Of a stretch of 64,000 nt of DNA, positions 51,408 to 62,687 are shown in pieces. Every line of letters starts with the position of its first letter. The first letter of the stretch is position 1. The DNA is taken from NCBI GenBank assembly GCA_002104905.1, contig MCFE01000354.1, forward strand, positions 1 through 64,000, given 5' to 3'. The notes under the pieces are model-generated. The model was not told the origin of the DNA. It worked only from the letters and a program-made list of their open reading frames with translations, and did no database searches. The translations under genes and the position numbers were made by a program. The DNA comes from Basidiobolus meristosporus CBS 931.73 (lineage: Eukaryota > Fungi > Basidiobolomycota).

Positions 51408-52795
51408 CTAAAACTGCGATTGATCCTGATTCAAGTTAGCTCAAAAAGGGAACGCCACTATCGGATGCTAAGCCAATATTTACGTCAAGTAAACCTACCG
51501 TCTCTGAGGGCTGTTGTAGGTGAATCGAAACTGGCGCTACCATCTGGTGATTACTCTGGAGATGCGCCATGTGTGCTTCGTTTCCAATGGAGCTCTTCTC
51601 CTGTGTGTCTGGCACGCCCGCATTCTTGATGTCTAGTGGGCTGGCGGTGCACATCCGCTTCGCAGGAGGAGTCATGATTCCCTGGAACACAACGCCGTTA
51701 GTCAATGGCCACCGTAGATGCGCCAGGCCAACCTACATCCGACATGGTGTCTGAGAATTGCGGCGACGGTTGGTGCTCCTGCTCCGGATGTTGCGCTTGT
51801 TGGGAATGGACCAAATGGCGCTGTGTCGGATGTGACTCAGACAGTCTCTATCCATAAAAGTGTAAGCGGCAATCCCATGAAGATCAAACCAATGAGCGCC
51901 TGCTACCTTTTTAAATCTGGCCTTGGTGTTCTTCACCTTGACGCTCACGATCTTCACCAGCTCGTCCTTCAGGTCGTTTTTCTGGACATGTGGGAAATTC
52001 ACCTCCACGAAGTGATCCCATGCTGGTGAGTCGTAGATCTCGAACTTCTTCATCGTCGTGATGGCTACAAATAGGGGTGGGTGATGGATGATTAGTATAT
52101 CCGGATTTCCTCCCGACATCGGTGACTTACTTACCTCCGACATTGTTGTTAACATTGGTGTATGAGACAGCATTTTTCTCGATGTAATTCATGGCTTTGG
52201 ACGCAAACTGACGAAGGAGGACCTTGACTTTGGCGCTCTCCTCTGACGGCAATTGAGAAACTAGCGCAAATACGAGTTCGGTTAGGTGCTGTCTAGCTGG
52301 GAGGTAGTTGACAGGTTGTACGTACCAGGGGTTAAGCTTGTGTGGGTGGTAAGCATTGGTCCACTGACCGGGGTCCGAAGTAGCCGCGTCTGCGCAGGAG
52401 TTAGGTGAGTGGGGGGAGTAGGGGTTTGTGGGAGTGTAGTTCGGATACTAGTGGGCGTCCCGGTGGGGTTACTCGGGATTGGGGCTCGGGAGGCTTGCCC
52501 TCCAAGAAGCTCATTAAATTTCGACTCCAGGCCGGAGACACGGGCTTGGATGGCTTGGGCGGAACATATACCAAAAGCCTCGTTTATTTTTTCTTCCAGT
52601 GCGTCCAAACGCTCGATGAATGGACCTAACTTCGACAGCCACCTGAGACAGAATGGTCGTTTGGATATCATCCAGTTGCTGCCGAACCTGAGCGCCGACA
52701 TCGTCCACCTCCCTTACGTCAAAGTAATGGTGGTTCGGGTTGGCCGCCATTGAGTCGTGGACAACATTTCCAGCAGACTGTTCAGGGTAATTCAT
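51408..52795 (-). CDS. Uncharacterised spliced gene: N-terminal coiled coil and possible BEN/DUF4806-like helical domain; two compensating frame breaks
   Basis: Exons joined at GT-AG sites give ERLDALEEKINEAF...RVSGLESKFNELL and LLRQFASKAMNYIEKNAVSYT...KKFEIYDSPAWDHFVEVNFPHVQKNDLKDELVKIVSVKVKNTKARFKK. Coding status is supported by canonical introns; the domain call is tentative. Confidence 0.6.
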
Positions 52796-53347
52796 GGTGA
52801 GTCTGGTTGGAATTTTCTCGAATATATCTTCCTGACAGCAACCGGCTGCTTCAAGAAGCAAATTTGACCAGTCAGAAATTCCGAAACCAATCTGATTTTC
52901 CTGAATGCCATCTCTTTTTTCGTCGTTTTTTTTCGGAACACATGCAAATGGTACTGGGAATCGTGGAATCGAATGATCACATGGGCGATTGGGACCAGCC
53001 CATCGACTGTGTCGTTCCACGTTTCCATTTGACTTGAACTTGTTCCCTGCTAATGTTCCGAAATTCCATGCTTTCTGTGTTGAGTCCCGGTTATTTCCTT
53101 ATTAGTTGGACCATCAGTTCGCAAATACAACATGTGCTTCAGTTTATTGAGATGGTATGTTGGTATAGTTGAGACATATGCATATATCATGATGTATGTA
53201 TTAAATAAGGTATCCAAGGATGTGGCTGAGAGCTGCCACCATAAATACGCTTAGTGCTCTCTGCTCGCAAACATTCAGTGGAAGTCGTCACTATGAAGAT
53301 TTCAAATTATTAATAGGCAGAACATTAGGTGAGGACACGAAAGATAC

Positions 53348-54616
53348 TTACATGATACACTCGTAATTCTTCTCTTGAGTAATGTTGCCACGGATCCAAT
53401 AATCGGACTCCAGTGGGAATATCCCACTGTATTCCATAAAGACCTGGGCGAATTTCCAGCGGAGTAGTTCGTTCCAGAGGAAGTACGATGTGTAGTCGTA
53501 GGTGACCAAGACTCGGGGGTTCATGAATATCTTCTTGTACCCGTAGTCTTGTAGGTCGCTGGGCAGCAGGAAGCATTCCGAGGAGTAGCATTCTCCTTCT
53601 TTGCTGGAGCGGAACTTCAAGCTCTGGTGTGCATAGAACGGCTTGGTGTCGAGGGCGACCACGCCGTTCCAACAGGAGTACACGGGGAAGTCTTGGCGAT
53701 CGCGGAGGAGTTGCTGGGTTGGGAGATCCTGGATGAAGGGATAATACATGCTAACTAGGCGACCATTACGGTCACGAGCTACCCAACGATCATACAGTCC
53801 AGAGTAGTCGAAATCAATGGAGCACGCCATATCGTAGTTCCCTCTGTAGTTCGCAGAACATTAGTGAGTGCCATATCTGGGCGGATGAGGCTGGTCTACT
53901 TACTGATTGGTATCCAGGAGATGGAGGATCTGCTCAGACGTGAACACGATATCGTTGAAAAACAGAATCCGGTCGTATCGTTCGCTCTGGTTGGTTGCCG
54001 AGTATGTTTCATAGAAAGGCTCCAAGGCCTGGTTTCGTATCTCAGCCATGAAGGGAATCCGGTTAATGATACGATTGCTCGTGTCTGCATCGTCAGACAT
54101 ACGGATTCTGTGCCGAATCCCTTGTTGGTCGAGCAGTTTGTCGAACTTTCTCAAGAACTGCTTAGTTCCGTCTTTGCTATTACTCTCCACGATCGATATA
54201 TACACTGAAGCAGGCCCAAGAGTGCTTACAAGCCGGAGGAGCTCTCTAGACCACTGTGGTAGGATGGCCTCGTTATTGTAGAGGTTGGCGGCGATGAAGT
54301 ATTTTTCGCTCGAATCAATATCAGGGGCAGATAGGGCGGGAGCGGTCAGGTCTTGTACACAGAAAATAAATAGCACGAGACCAAAGCATACAATAGCCAG
54401 CTGAAAGTATGGTTTGCTCAAGAGAGAAGGATCTCCAGACCGTTGGGAATATAAATATACAAGAATTAGGAAGACGGTCTGGATTAAGATGTACTTGACA
54501 AGGTGATAAAATATGAGGTATGACGAGAAGGAGCACCATCCGAGGACGATGAAATTAAAAAGGAACAGCGATACAACTGCAGCCACAGCCACAGACCTCT
54601 TTGGTGTTAACTTCAT
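53348..54616 (-). CDS. CAP59/CMT1-like alpha-1,3-mannosyltransferase (GT69), copy 1 (2 exons)
   Basis: KYFIAANLYNNEAILPQW, VYISIVESNSKDGT, ILFFNDIVF, TNQ/GNYDMACSIDF, YDRWVARD, PVYSCWNGVVA. Confidence 0.9.
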
Positions 54617-54909
54617 GGTTGATTCTTGTAGCTGCTCAGGATGCTTCTTGGCTGCACTTGAAAAAATACCACTATCCCTTTATAGTACTGCCCCTGTAAC
54701 TACTAACTATTAGAGAAGTTATCTCAACTATGGGGTTAAACAAACCTATTTAACTAGAATTGTCCAAAATAATCAATTGAAGCCCATCGGTTGACCAATT
54801 AGTGCCGCGATTACTCAATCCAAGTAGAAATGATTGTTTTTGTTGACTAATTAGAATTGGTGAGACTTATTAAGGGTAACTCCAAGTACCATGACTATTT
54901 GTCCTTTAT

Positions 54910-55272
54910 ATGTCCAGCATATACCTAGACGATACTAGAGCAAGAACAGAGAAAAATCTAGAGTGCCTCTGCGAATACAAAAGTTCTATGCTAACAAGTC
55001 GGTTTTATCTTTAGTTATTGTGTCGCACGAGATGTATTTACTTCTGTGTTTTGGCATATGCATTAGATCTTTGTCGAGAGAGGTTGTTTGCCTTGACCGA
55101 CCTAGCAGGTACAATCTTCAGCCATTTTATTGCCTCCAGGTCGAGGAGTTCAGCAAACGATGGAAAGGCAGCAAGAAGGAGTGCGAATTCAAGGCTAGCG
55201 TTATTGCTCGCACACCAAGCAACAAAACAAGAGGAAGAGTTGTCGGTGGTTGACGACCTCCTGGGGACAACC
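54910..55272 (+). pseudogene. Truncated, internally deleted duplicate of the 5' end of the PWWP-domain gene
   Basis: Aligns with 56978..57520 but lacks about 170 bp including the WVKHRGKWWPGR exon, has an extra A at 55197, and ends at the duplication junction. Confidence 0.85.
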
Positions 55273-55413
55273 AAGGCATATGCATATATTATGATGTATG
55301 TATGAATAGGGTAATTATGGTCGTGACTACCATATACATGCTCAGCGCATTCTGCTCATAAACACTGAATGCTTTATACTATGCGGAATACCAGATGAGG
55401 ACACGAAGGGTGC

Positions 55414-56682
55414 TTACATGATACATTCGTAATTCCTCTCTTGAGTAATGTTGCCACGGATCCAATTATCAGACTCCAGTGGGAATATCCCACTGTATTC
55501 CATAAAGACCTGGGCGAATTTCCAGCGGAGTAGTTCGTTCCAGAGGAAGTACGATGTGTAGTCGTAGGTGACCAAGACTCGGGGGTTCATGAATATCTTC
55601 TTGTACCCGTAGTCTTGTAGGTCGCTGGGCAGCAGGAAGCATTCCGAGGAGTAGCATTCTCCTTCTTTGCTGGAGCGGAACTTCAAGCTCTGGTGTGCAT
55701 AGAACGGCTTGGTGTCGAGGGCGACCACGCCGTTCCAACAGGAGTACACGGGGAAGTCTTGGCGATCGCGGAGGAGTTGCTGGGTTGGGAGATCCTGGAT
55801 GAAGGGATAATACATGCTAACTAGGCGACCATTACGGTCGCGAGCTACCCAACGATCATACAGTCCAGAGTGGTCGAAATCAATGGAGCACGCCATATCG
55901 TAGTTCCCTCTGTAGTTCGCAGAACATTAGTGAGTGCCATATCTGGGCGGATGAGGCTGGTCTACTTACTGGTTGGTATCCAGGAGATGGAGGATCTGCT
56001 CAGACGTGAACACGATATCGTTGAAAAAGAGAATCCGGTCGTATCGTTCGCTCTGGTTGGTTGCCGAGTATGTTTCATAGAAAGGCTCCAAGGCCTGGTT
56101 TCGTATCTCAGCCATGAAGGGAATCCGGTTAATGATACGATTGCTCGTGTCTGCATCGTCAGACATACGGATTCTGTGCCGAATCCCTTGTTGGTCAAGC
56201 AGTTTGTCGAACTTTCTCAAGAACTGCTTAGTTCCGTCTTTGCTATTACTCTCCACGATCGATATATACACTGAAGCAGGCCCAAGAGTGCTTACAAGCC
56301 GGAGGAGCTCTCTAGACCACTGTGGTAGGATGGCCTCGTTATTGTAGAGGTTGGCGGCGATGAAGTATTTTTCGCTCGAATCAATATCAGGGGCAGATAG
56401 GGCGGGAGCGGTCAGGTCTTGTACACAGAAAATAAACAGCACGAGACCAAAGCATACAATAGCCAGCTGAAAGTATGGTTTGCTCAAGAGAGAAGGATCT
56501 CCAGACCGTTGGGAATATAAATATACAAGAATTAGGAAGACGGTCTGGATTAAGATGTACTTGACAAGGTGATAGAATATGAGGTATGAAGAGAAGGAGC
56601 ACCATCCGAGGACGATGAAATTAAAAAGGAACAGCGATACAACTGCAGCCACAGCCACAGACCTCTTTGGTGTTAACTTCAT
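55414..56682 (-). CDS. CAP59/CMT1-like alpha-1,3-mannosyltransferase (GT69), copy 2 (2 exons)
   Basis: Same motifs as copy 1; about a dozen nucleotide differences counted by eye over about 1.27 kb. Confidence 0.9.
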
Positions 56683-56977
56683 GGTTGATTCTTGTAGCTG
56701 CTCAGGATGCTTCTTGACCGCGCTTAAAATACCACTATCCCTTTATAGTACTACCCATGTAACCTAATTCTAATAAGTAAAGACTTATCAACTGTGGGGT
56801 TAAACAAACCTATTTAGCTAAAATGGTCCAAAATGATCAATCGAAGTCTGTCAGTTGACCAATTAGTGTCGCGATTACTCAATCTAGGTAAAGCAGTTTG
56901 TTTTTGTTGACTAATTAGAATTGGTGTGGCTTATTAAGGGTAACTCCAAGTACCACGACTATCTATTTGTCCTTCAT

Positions 56978-59144
56978 ATGTCAAGCATACACATAGGCGA
57001 TACTACAGCAAGAGCAGATTCAAAGATTACGCCCTCTAGAGGTGCCTCAAAATACCTTCCTTTGTCTCTCTCAACACTCCCCGAGATAGTGTGGGTTAAA
57101 CACCGAGGGAAGTGGTGGCCTGGACGGGTAGCTTCTTTTTTGTGAGTTATAGTAAGAGATATAGAGTTGTTTTAACTGCTTGAACAATTAGGTACTAGGG
57201 GATAAAGCTAGATTGCCTCTGCGAATACAAAAGTTCTATGCTAACAAGTCGGTTTTATCTTTAGTTATTGTGTCGCACGAGACGTATTGACTCCTGTGTT
57301 TTGGCATATGCATTAGATCTTTGTCGAGAGAGGTTGTTTGCCTTGACCGACCTAGCAGGTACAATCTTCAGCCATTTTATTGCCTCCAGGTCGAGGAGTT
57401 CGGCAAACAATGGAAAGGCAGCAAGAAGGAGTGCGAATTCAAGGCTGCGTTATTGCTCGCACACCAAGCAACAAAACAAGAGGAAGAGTTACCGGCGGTT
57501 GACGACCTCCTTGGGACAAAGAAATCACATACTATTCAGCAACGCCAATACCTTGTTAAGCCAGGCTATGGCCCTTCACTACAAAATGCTGAAGATTTGC
57601 CATCTGTTGAAGATGTTATCAAGCTAATGATGCATAGTGTTAAAAGTAAAAGTCAACCTAGCAGTGCCAGTAGCTTTGTAAGATCTAGGCGCATTGATAC
57701 AGATACTGCGGATACGCCTTTACAGAGGAATAATGGAGCAGCAAGCTCAATTGACTCACAACACAAGGATCCTGAAGACAGGAGGACCCATTCTTCAGGG
57801 TGTGGGCATGGCGATCCATCGAACATAAGTTCTCGAAATACTTTGTGGAGCAGTAGAAGAGCAGCACCACCTCCGCTACGGCATAGTGACTGCACCTCTA
57901 TTACCGAAGACCATGAGACCCTCGTGCCTGATGAGTTATCCTTGGCACCTTCTCGAAATACACTTCTCAATCAGAAGCAAAGAATGTCAGTCTCGTCGAC
58001 GAGTGATTCAGAAACACCCCATGTTCGTAGAGCAGTTATCAAGCCTAGAGTTATTAGAGATAGAGAACAACTCGATGAGATAGCACTAGCAGCAAATGTC
58101 TCAGTAAATGCATACAATAAACAAGAGCGTAAATGGCCCCTCAAGCATACTTCGCACAACGCCCTAATTGACTTGCATTGTGTAGAAGGGAGAAGATGTA
58201 GAGCTATTTCATCCAAGAGCCTTTCGTCAGCCAGGTAATTCCTGTATCTCGGACAACATCAACACCACATTAATGTTCAGTTAGTCCTGAGTTGGATATG
58301 GATCTGGATGCAAGGTAGATCCAGTTCGTTGTTATGGACATTGCATCAGCCTAGCTAACCACCCCAGCCTTACGATCCCCGGAGAACTCTGCCTAGTGCC
58401 CATGAAGTCCGCCTATTTTCCCGGGAAAATCATTTCGTACAGAAGGCCAAACGAATACACGATTCAGGCCTACGATGGACGACAGCATAGATTTGCTCGA
58501 AATGAGTTTTTTACCATTTACGAAGCGGAGTTTCAAACATGTCCAGTAATGCAGCAGGCTAGTCTAGTATATTTAGCATGTAATTTGTTCTAATGTTGAA
58601 GTATTTTTAGCTTGGCGATTTTCCACTGGAGAGGGAGGATCCTGACTACGAAAACTCTCATTTACGGCGACAGATCAATTCCTACGAAACCGATTTGACC
58701 AGGATTCTATGCGGCGCAGACGAGAATTGCTGGCGGTATCAGAAATTCTTTCGAAGCCTTCGAGAACGTCGAATATTGGCCCACTACATCAGCCGGGGCC
58801 CTTTCGGGGTCAACGAGTTTCATTTTATCTCGCGAGTGCTGAGGCAAATGTTCATCGAGCGATACAACTCTCAAGAGCGTGTCAGGTGTTCGCACAATTC
58901 GACCGACCTTTTAAACCCAAAGGTGCTACAGCTATTCTGTGATGATGTTTTACTTCCCGAGGTGATAATACGGCTCATCATGGCTCGCGAAAAGATCGGC
59001 TATGGTGAGGCGGAACAAGAAATGTTACATGGCTACATGGACTCCAGATGGGTGGACCAGGTGATGGCCGCACGCAATTCATTCATTGACGGTCGTATTT
59101 CATTAGCTGAAAAGCACAGCACCCGTATGAATGCAGAAATGTAA
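56978..59144 (+). CDS. PWWP-domain chromatin protein with a Tudor-like segment and a MUM1/PWWP3-like C-terminal helical domain (multi-exon)
   Basis: IVWVKHRGKWWPGR; LCLVPMKSAYFPGKIISYRRPNEYTIQAYDG; DLTRILCG...FCDDVLLPEVIIRLIMAREKIGYGEAEQEM. Confidence 0.7.
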
Positions 59145-59935
59145 TGGTCAATCGGTCCATCCCCACTATGCTATGTCTAGGTTGTCGACGATCTATCACC
59201 TGACCTCGATCACCTTCTTGTCTATTAAACTGTGGTTATATCGGATAAATAACTGGCGCATATCTGGCGCATATCTGGCGCTTTACCAACTACTTTCTAG
59301 AATCCAGTTTGCCTAGACTTATGCCATATAAGCATAGCTATTTCCAGAAAGATTAATTTATGATGGGATTGAAGCGCATGAATTCCAGCACACACAAAAT
59401 GTTCCCTGCGTTGCATGGCCTAACATGGCATCAACACTAAAAATGGGCGATTGGAAGTAGAGGTGCAAACGCTAGGGAACAACTATACCAGTAGGAGGAG
59501 GGTCAGCAAGGGAACAATTATACTGGTAATAGCAGGAACAGCAGGAACAGCAGAGGAACTATATTTATACTCATTGGTGAAAAACTAGCCACGAAAACCA
59601 AGGTGGTGAAAGTGTGAATCGGCTGATTTGAACATGATCCGTGTTCATCCCATGATGATACCCTAGAATGAAGGGGGTGCTTAGTAGGCCAGTGTTTTTT
59701 TCTCTGTCAGCCAGGGACTGAGACTGATTGATTATGCGGAATTATATCACACTTTCATAATCTCAATATTCATCACCAAATTTATCGTTCGTTTCTTCTC
59801 TTTCGTTGGCCCTAACTCTTTTCAGCAAACTTGTAACTATTGAACCCAGTCTTTCTCAAATACTGTACTTCCGCTGCCCCCAAACTACTATACTATAAAT
59901 TGCTCTTTCTGAAATATCTCCCTTTCTCTTAGCTC

Positions 59936-61711
59936 ATGGATTTCAGAGTCGCTAACAAGTTTAGGCTAGGAAGGAAGATTGGCTCTGGGTCGTTTGGTGA
60001 AATCTACCTAGGTAATGGCAAGCTTCAGGCTGCTTTCTCTCCCTTTTACACAGTCGAATACCATCTTTGTGCCTCTTTTTCTTTTGATATTCATCATCCT
60101 GAAGAGTACTCTTGGACATCTCAACTGTAGCCCCGTACTTATGTTCCTCCTTTTTATACGACAGCTACGAACATCGTCAGCGGTGAAGAGGTGGCCGTGA
60201 AATTAGAATCGGTAAAAGCTCGTCACCCCCAACTTGAATATGAAGCCAAAGTGTATAAAGCCCTGGCTGGAGGTGTTGGAATACCGTTCATTCGCTACTT
60301 TGGCACTGAGATGGACTACAACTGCATGGTGATGGATCTTCTTGGCCCCTCACTAGAAGATCTCTTCAATTTCTGTTCCCGGAAATTTTCCCTCAAAACC
60401 GTGCTACTCCTGGCCGACCAAATGGTACACAGAACTTACAGTAGCTATCTGATGTCTCTGCCGCCACTTAACAGCCCAATTCTCTTCTGCTATAGATCGC
60501 TCGTATTGAGTATATGCACTCCAAAAGCTTTCTTCACAGGGATATAAAGCCCGACAATTTTCTCATTGGTATCGGAAAGTGGACTAATCACGTACACATC
60601 ATCGATTTTGGATTAGCAAAGAGATACAGAGATCCACGCACTTTTGTTCACATACCTTACAGAGAGAACAAGAATCTGACTGGAACTGCTCGCTATGCAA
60701 GTATCAATACACATCTTGGTGTAGGTCAGTGACTCGTCTTGAGCTTCAGAATCCCTGGTTAGTGTTTAACACTGTTGTTCCGTAGAGCAATCAAGAAGAG
60801 ATGATCTGGAGTCTTTGGGATACGTTCTTATGTACTTCTGTCGAGGATCACTGCCTTGGCAAGGTCTGAAAGCCAACACCAAGAAACAAAAGTACGATCG
60901 CATTATGGAAAAGAAGATGACCACCCCGATTGAAACCCTCTGCCGTGGATTCCCCAATGAATTTGTAACATATCTCAAGTACACACGAAACCTTCGGTTC
61001 GATGATAAACCCGACTACAACTTCCTACGTAAACTCTTCTATGATCTTCTTGTTCGCGAAGGATATCATTATGACTACGTCTTTGATTGGACGATTTTGG
61101 AGAAGGTACCCAGCAATGACAGTACTCCCTGACAACGAAGCAATAACATTCTCCCGACTTTGATTACAGGAAAAGAACACTGCTAAAGCTGATACAAAAC
61201 CGTACGTTACACCTGTTCAAGCGCCGTCTCACAATCTTCCTATCCCAAGAGAGGACTATGGGTTAGCTCCTAAAGAGGTACTTTTGTCATGTCATCTGGA
61301 ATCACTTTCCTTTGGTTAATATTTGCGATTCCCCACTAGCGCGAGACTCCTCTATCATCGTCACGGCTATCTCAAGCTCCCACTAACGATGGCGCTCTGC
61401 ATCGCAACTCCCGCTCACCAGTCTATTCACCAAATCCGTCATACAACCCATGCCCAACATCTACTGTTCTTCCGCCCATCGATGCTTTAGCTGGAGGCTT
61501 AGGCCCTAATTCAAGACTTCATCCCATGAACAATTCTTCCCGCCAGAAGATGCCGCACGTTCAGGATATCTTACCGGATGATCGGTATCGTATGGGTCTG
61601 CCTGCTGCCCAGCAAAGCTTAAGGGGGAATTCCGTTCCCATTGCACCTCCCAGATTTCGCACACCCGGTGAGGGCTACACCGACCCAAACATGTACGGTT
61701 ATCGAAGCTGA
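59936..61711 (+). CDS. Casein kinase I (Hrr25/CK1-delta-like), multi-exon
   Basis: [72 protein letters not shown]. Confidence 0.97.
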
Positions 61712-62318
61712 ACATAATGCAAAGAAACATTTCGAAGCGACCTTGAACGAGGCTCTCTAATATGCAAATAGTGATTATTAAACTCAGAAATTGCTGTCAC
61801 CAATGTTAAACGTCGATGCTGCGTCACTCCATTCCTCGGTAAACCCATCTCTTCGTTGAACATCAGCACGATCTTATTTGATAGTCAACACATCACCACC
61901 ACCTAACCAGTTTTTTGTTTTTGTCTGTTTTTTCTACAACTAATGGAATGGGCGTTTGCAAATGGCCACCTACACCTTACGCCTGCTCCACGTATTTGCC
62001 CGTTAACTGTCCATTGGGAGCTGTATTGGTCCACGGCGTGCGCCCATCTAGTCACAAGCAGAAACAACACCCAACTGTACTTCACTATATAGTCTAGGTA
62101 GCTTCTTTCCACATGTATTCCTTCTTATTCCGTCTATTCTCTTTACCCCTTTTGATACGTGCGCTTGCCCAAATCACTCATACAGCCAAGATGTAATTCC
62201 CTACCTTACCATTTCTCTGATTGAAATGTTCGAATTACTAGTAAATATATTTGATAGTTGAAACGACTGCTACCATGCATCTACTCACCAGGTGGCAATG
62301 TCCATTTTGGAACCCGCT

Positions 62319-62561
62319 TTATTTAAACAATCTCCTGAGCAGATCTGGGTCGAGGTGATTGTAAGCCTGGATCAACCTCAAGTCTTCCCAACCCTCCGTA
62401 GTCAATCGACTCAACAACGCTTCGTCAGTTTCCTTTTTGTATATCTCGAATAAATCTCTTAAATTGTACTGAAGCTTTCTGCGAAGTGGATGAATCGGGA
62501 ATCTACGGATCTCCCGAAATGCTGCTCTGTAAAGATGGATGGATGCTCTGCGGCTGGACAT
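62319..62561 (-). CDS. LYR-motif (LYRM/Complex1_LYR) small mitochondrial protein
   Basis: MSSRRASIHLYRAAFREIRRFP...LQYNLRDLFE: LYR near the N-terminus with downstream Phe; 80 aa. Confidence 0.8.
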   Translation of the reverse strand: MSSRRASIHLYRAAFREIRRFPIHPLRRKLQYNLRDLFEIYKKETDEALLSRLTTEGWEDLRLIQAYNHLDPDLLRRLFK

Positions 62562-62687
62562 AAGCTTGAATGAAGTGTTGGGCGAGGCGGAGTGTCAATG
62601 ATGGGCCTATAGCTGACGATTCCAAGTCAGGTGACGCGAAGATCATGATGTTTAACAAAGGGATTTTAATCAAGAAGTATGCAGATT

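Larger units (their letters stand above)
53175..57520. repeat. Tandem segmental duplication: unit 1 about 53175..55276, unit 2 about 55277..57520
   Basis: Both units begin catatgcatatat(c/t)atgatgtatgta, carry a full CAP59-like gene, its upstream region and the 5' part of the PWWP gene, and end near gg(g)acaa. Confidence 0.93.

Noticed and set aside
2973-59144. Possible functional cluster of chromatin genes (PNUTS-like, CHD, BEN-like, PWWP)
   Set aside because: They are widely spaced and interleaved with unrelated housekeeping genes; chance is sufficient.
59253-59570. ctggcgcatat x2.6 and spaced gggaacaa(c/t)tatac repeats upstream of CK1
   Set aside because: Too few and too degenerate for a CRISPR-like or structured array; ordinary promoter-region slippage.
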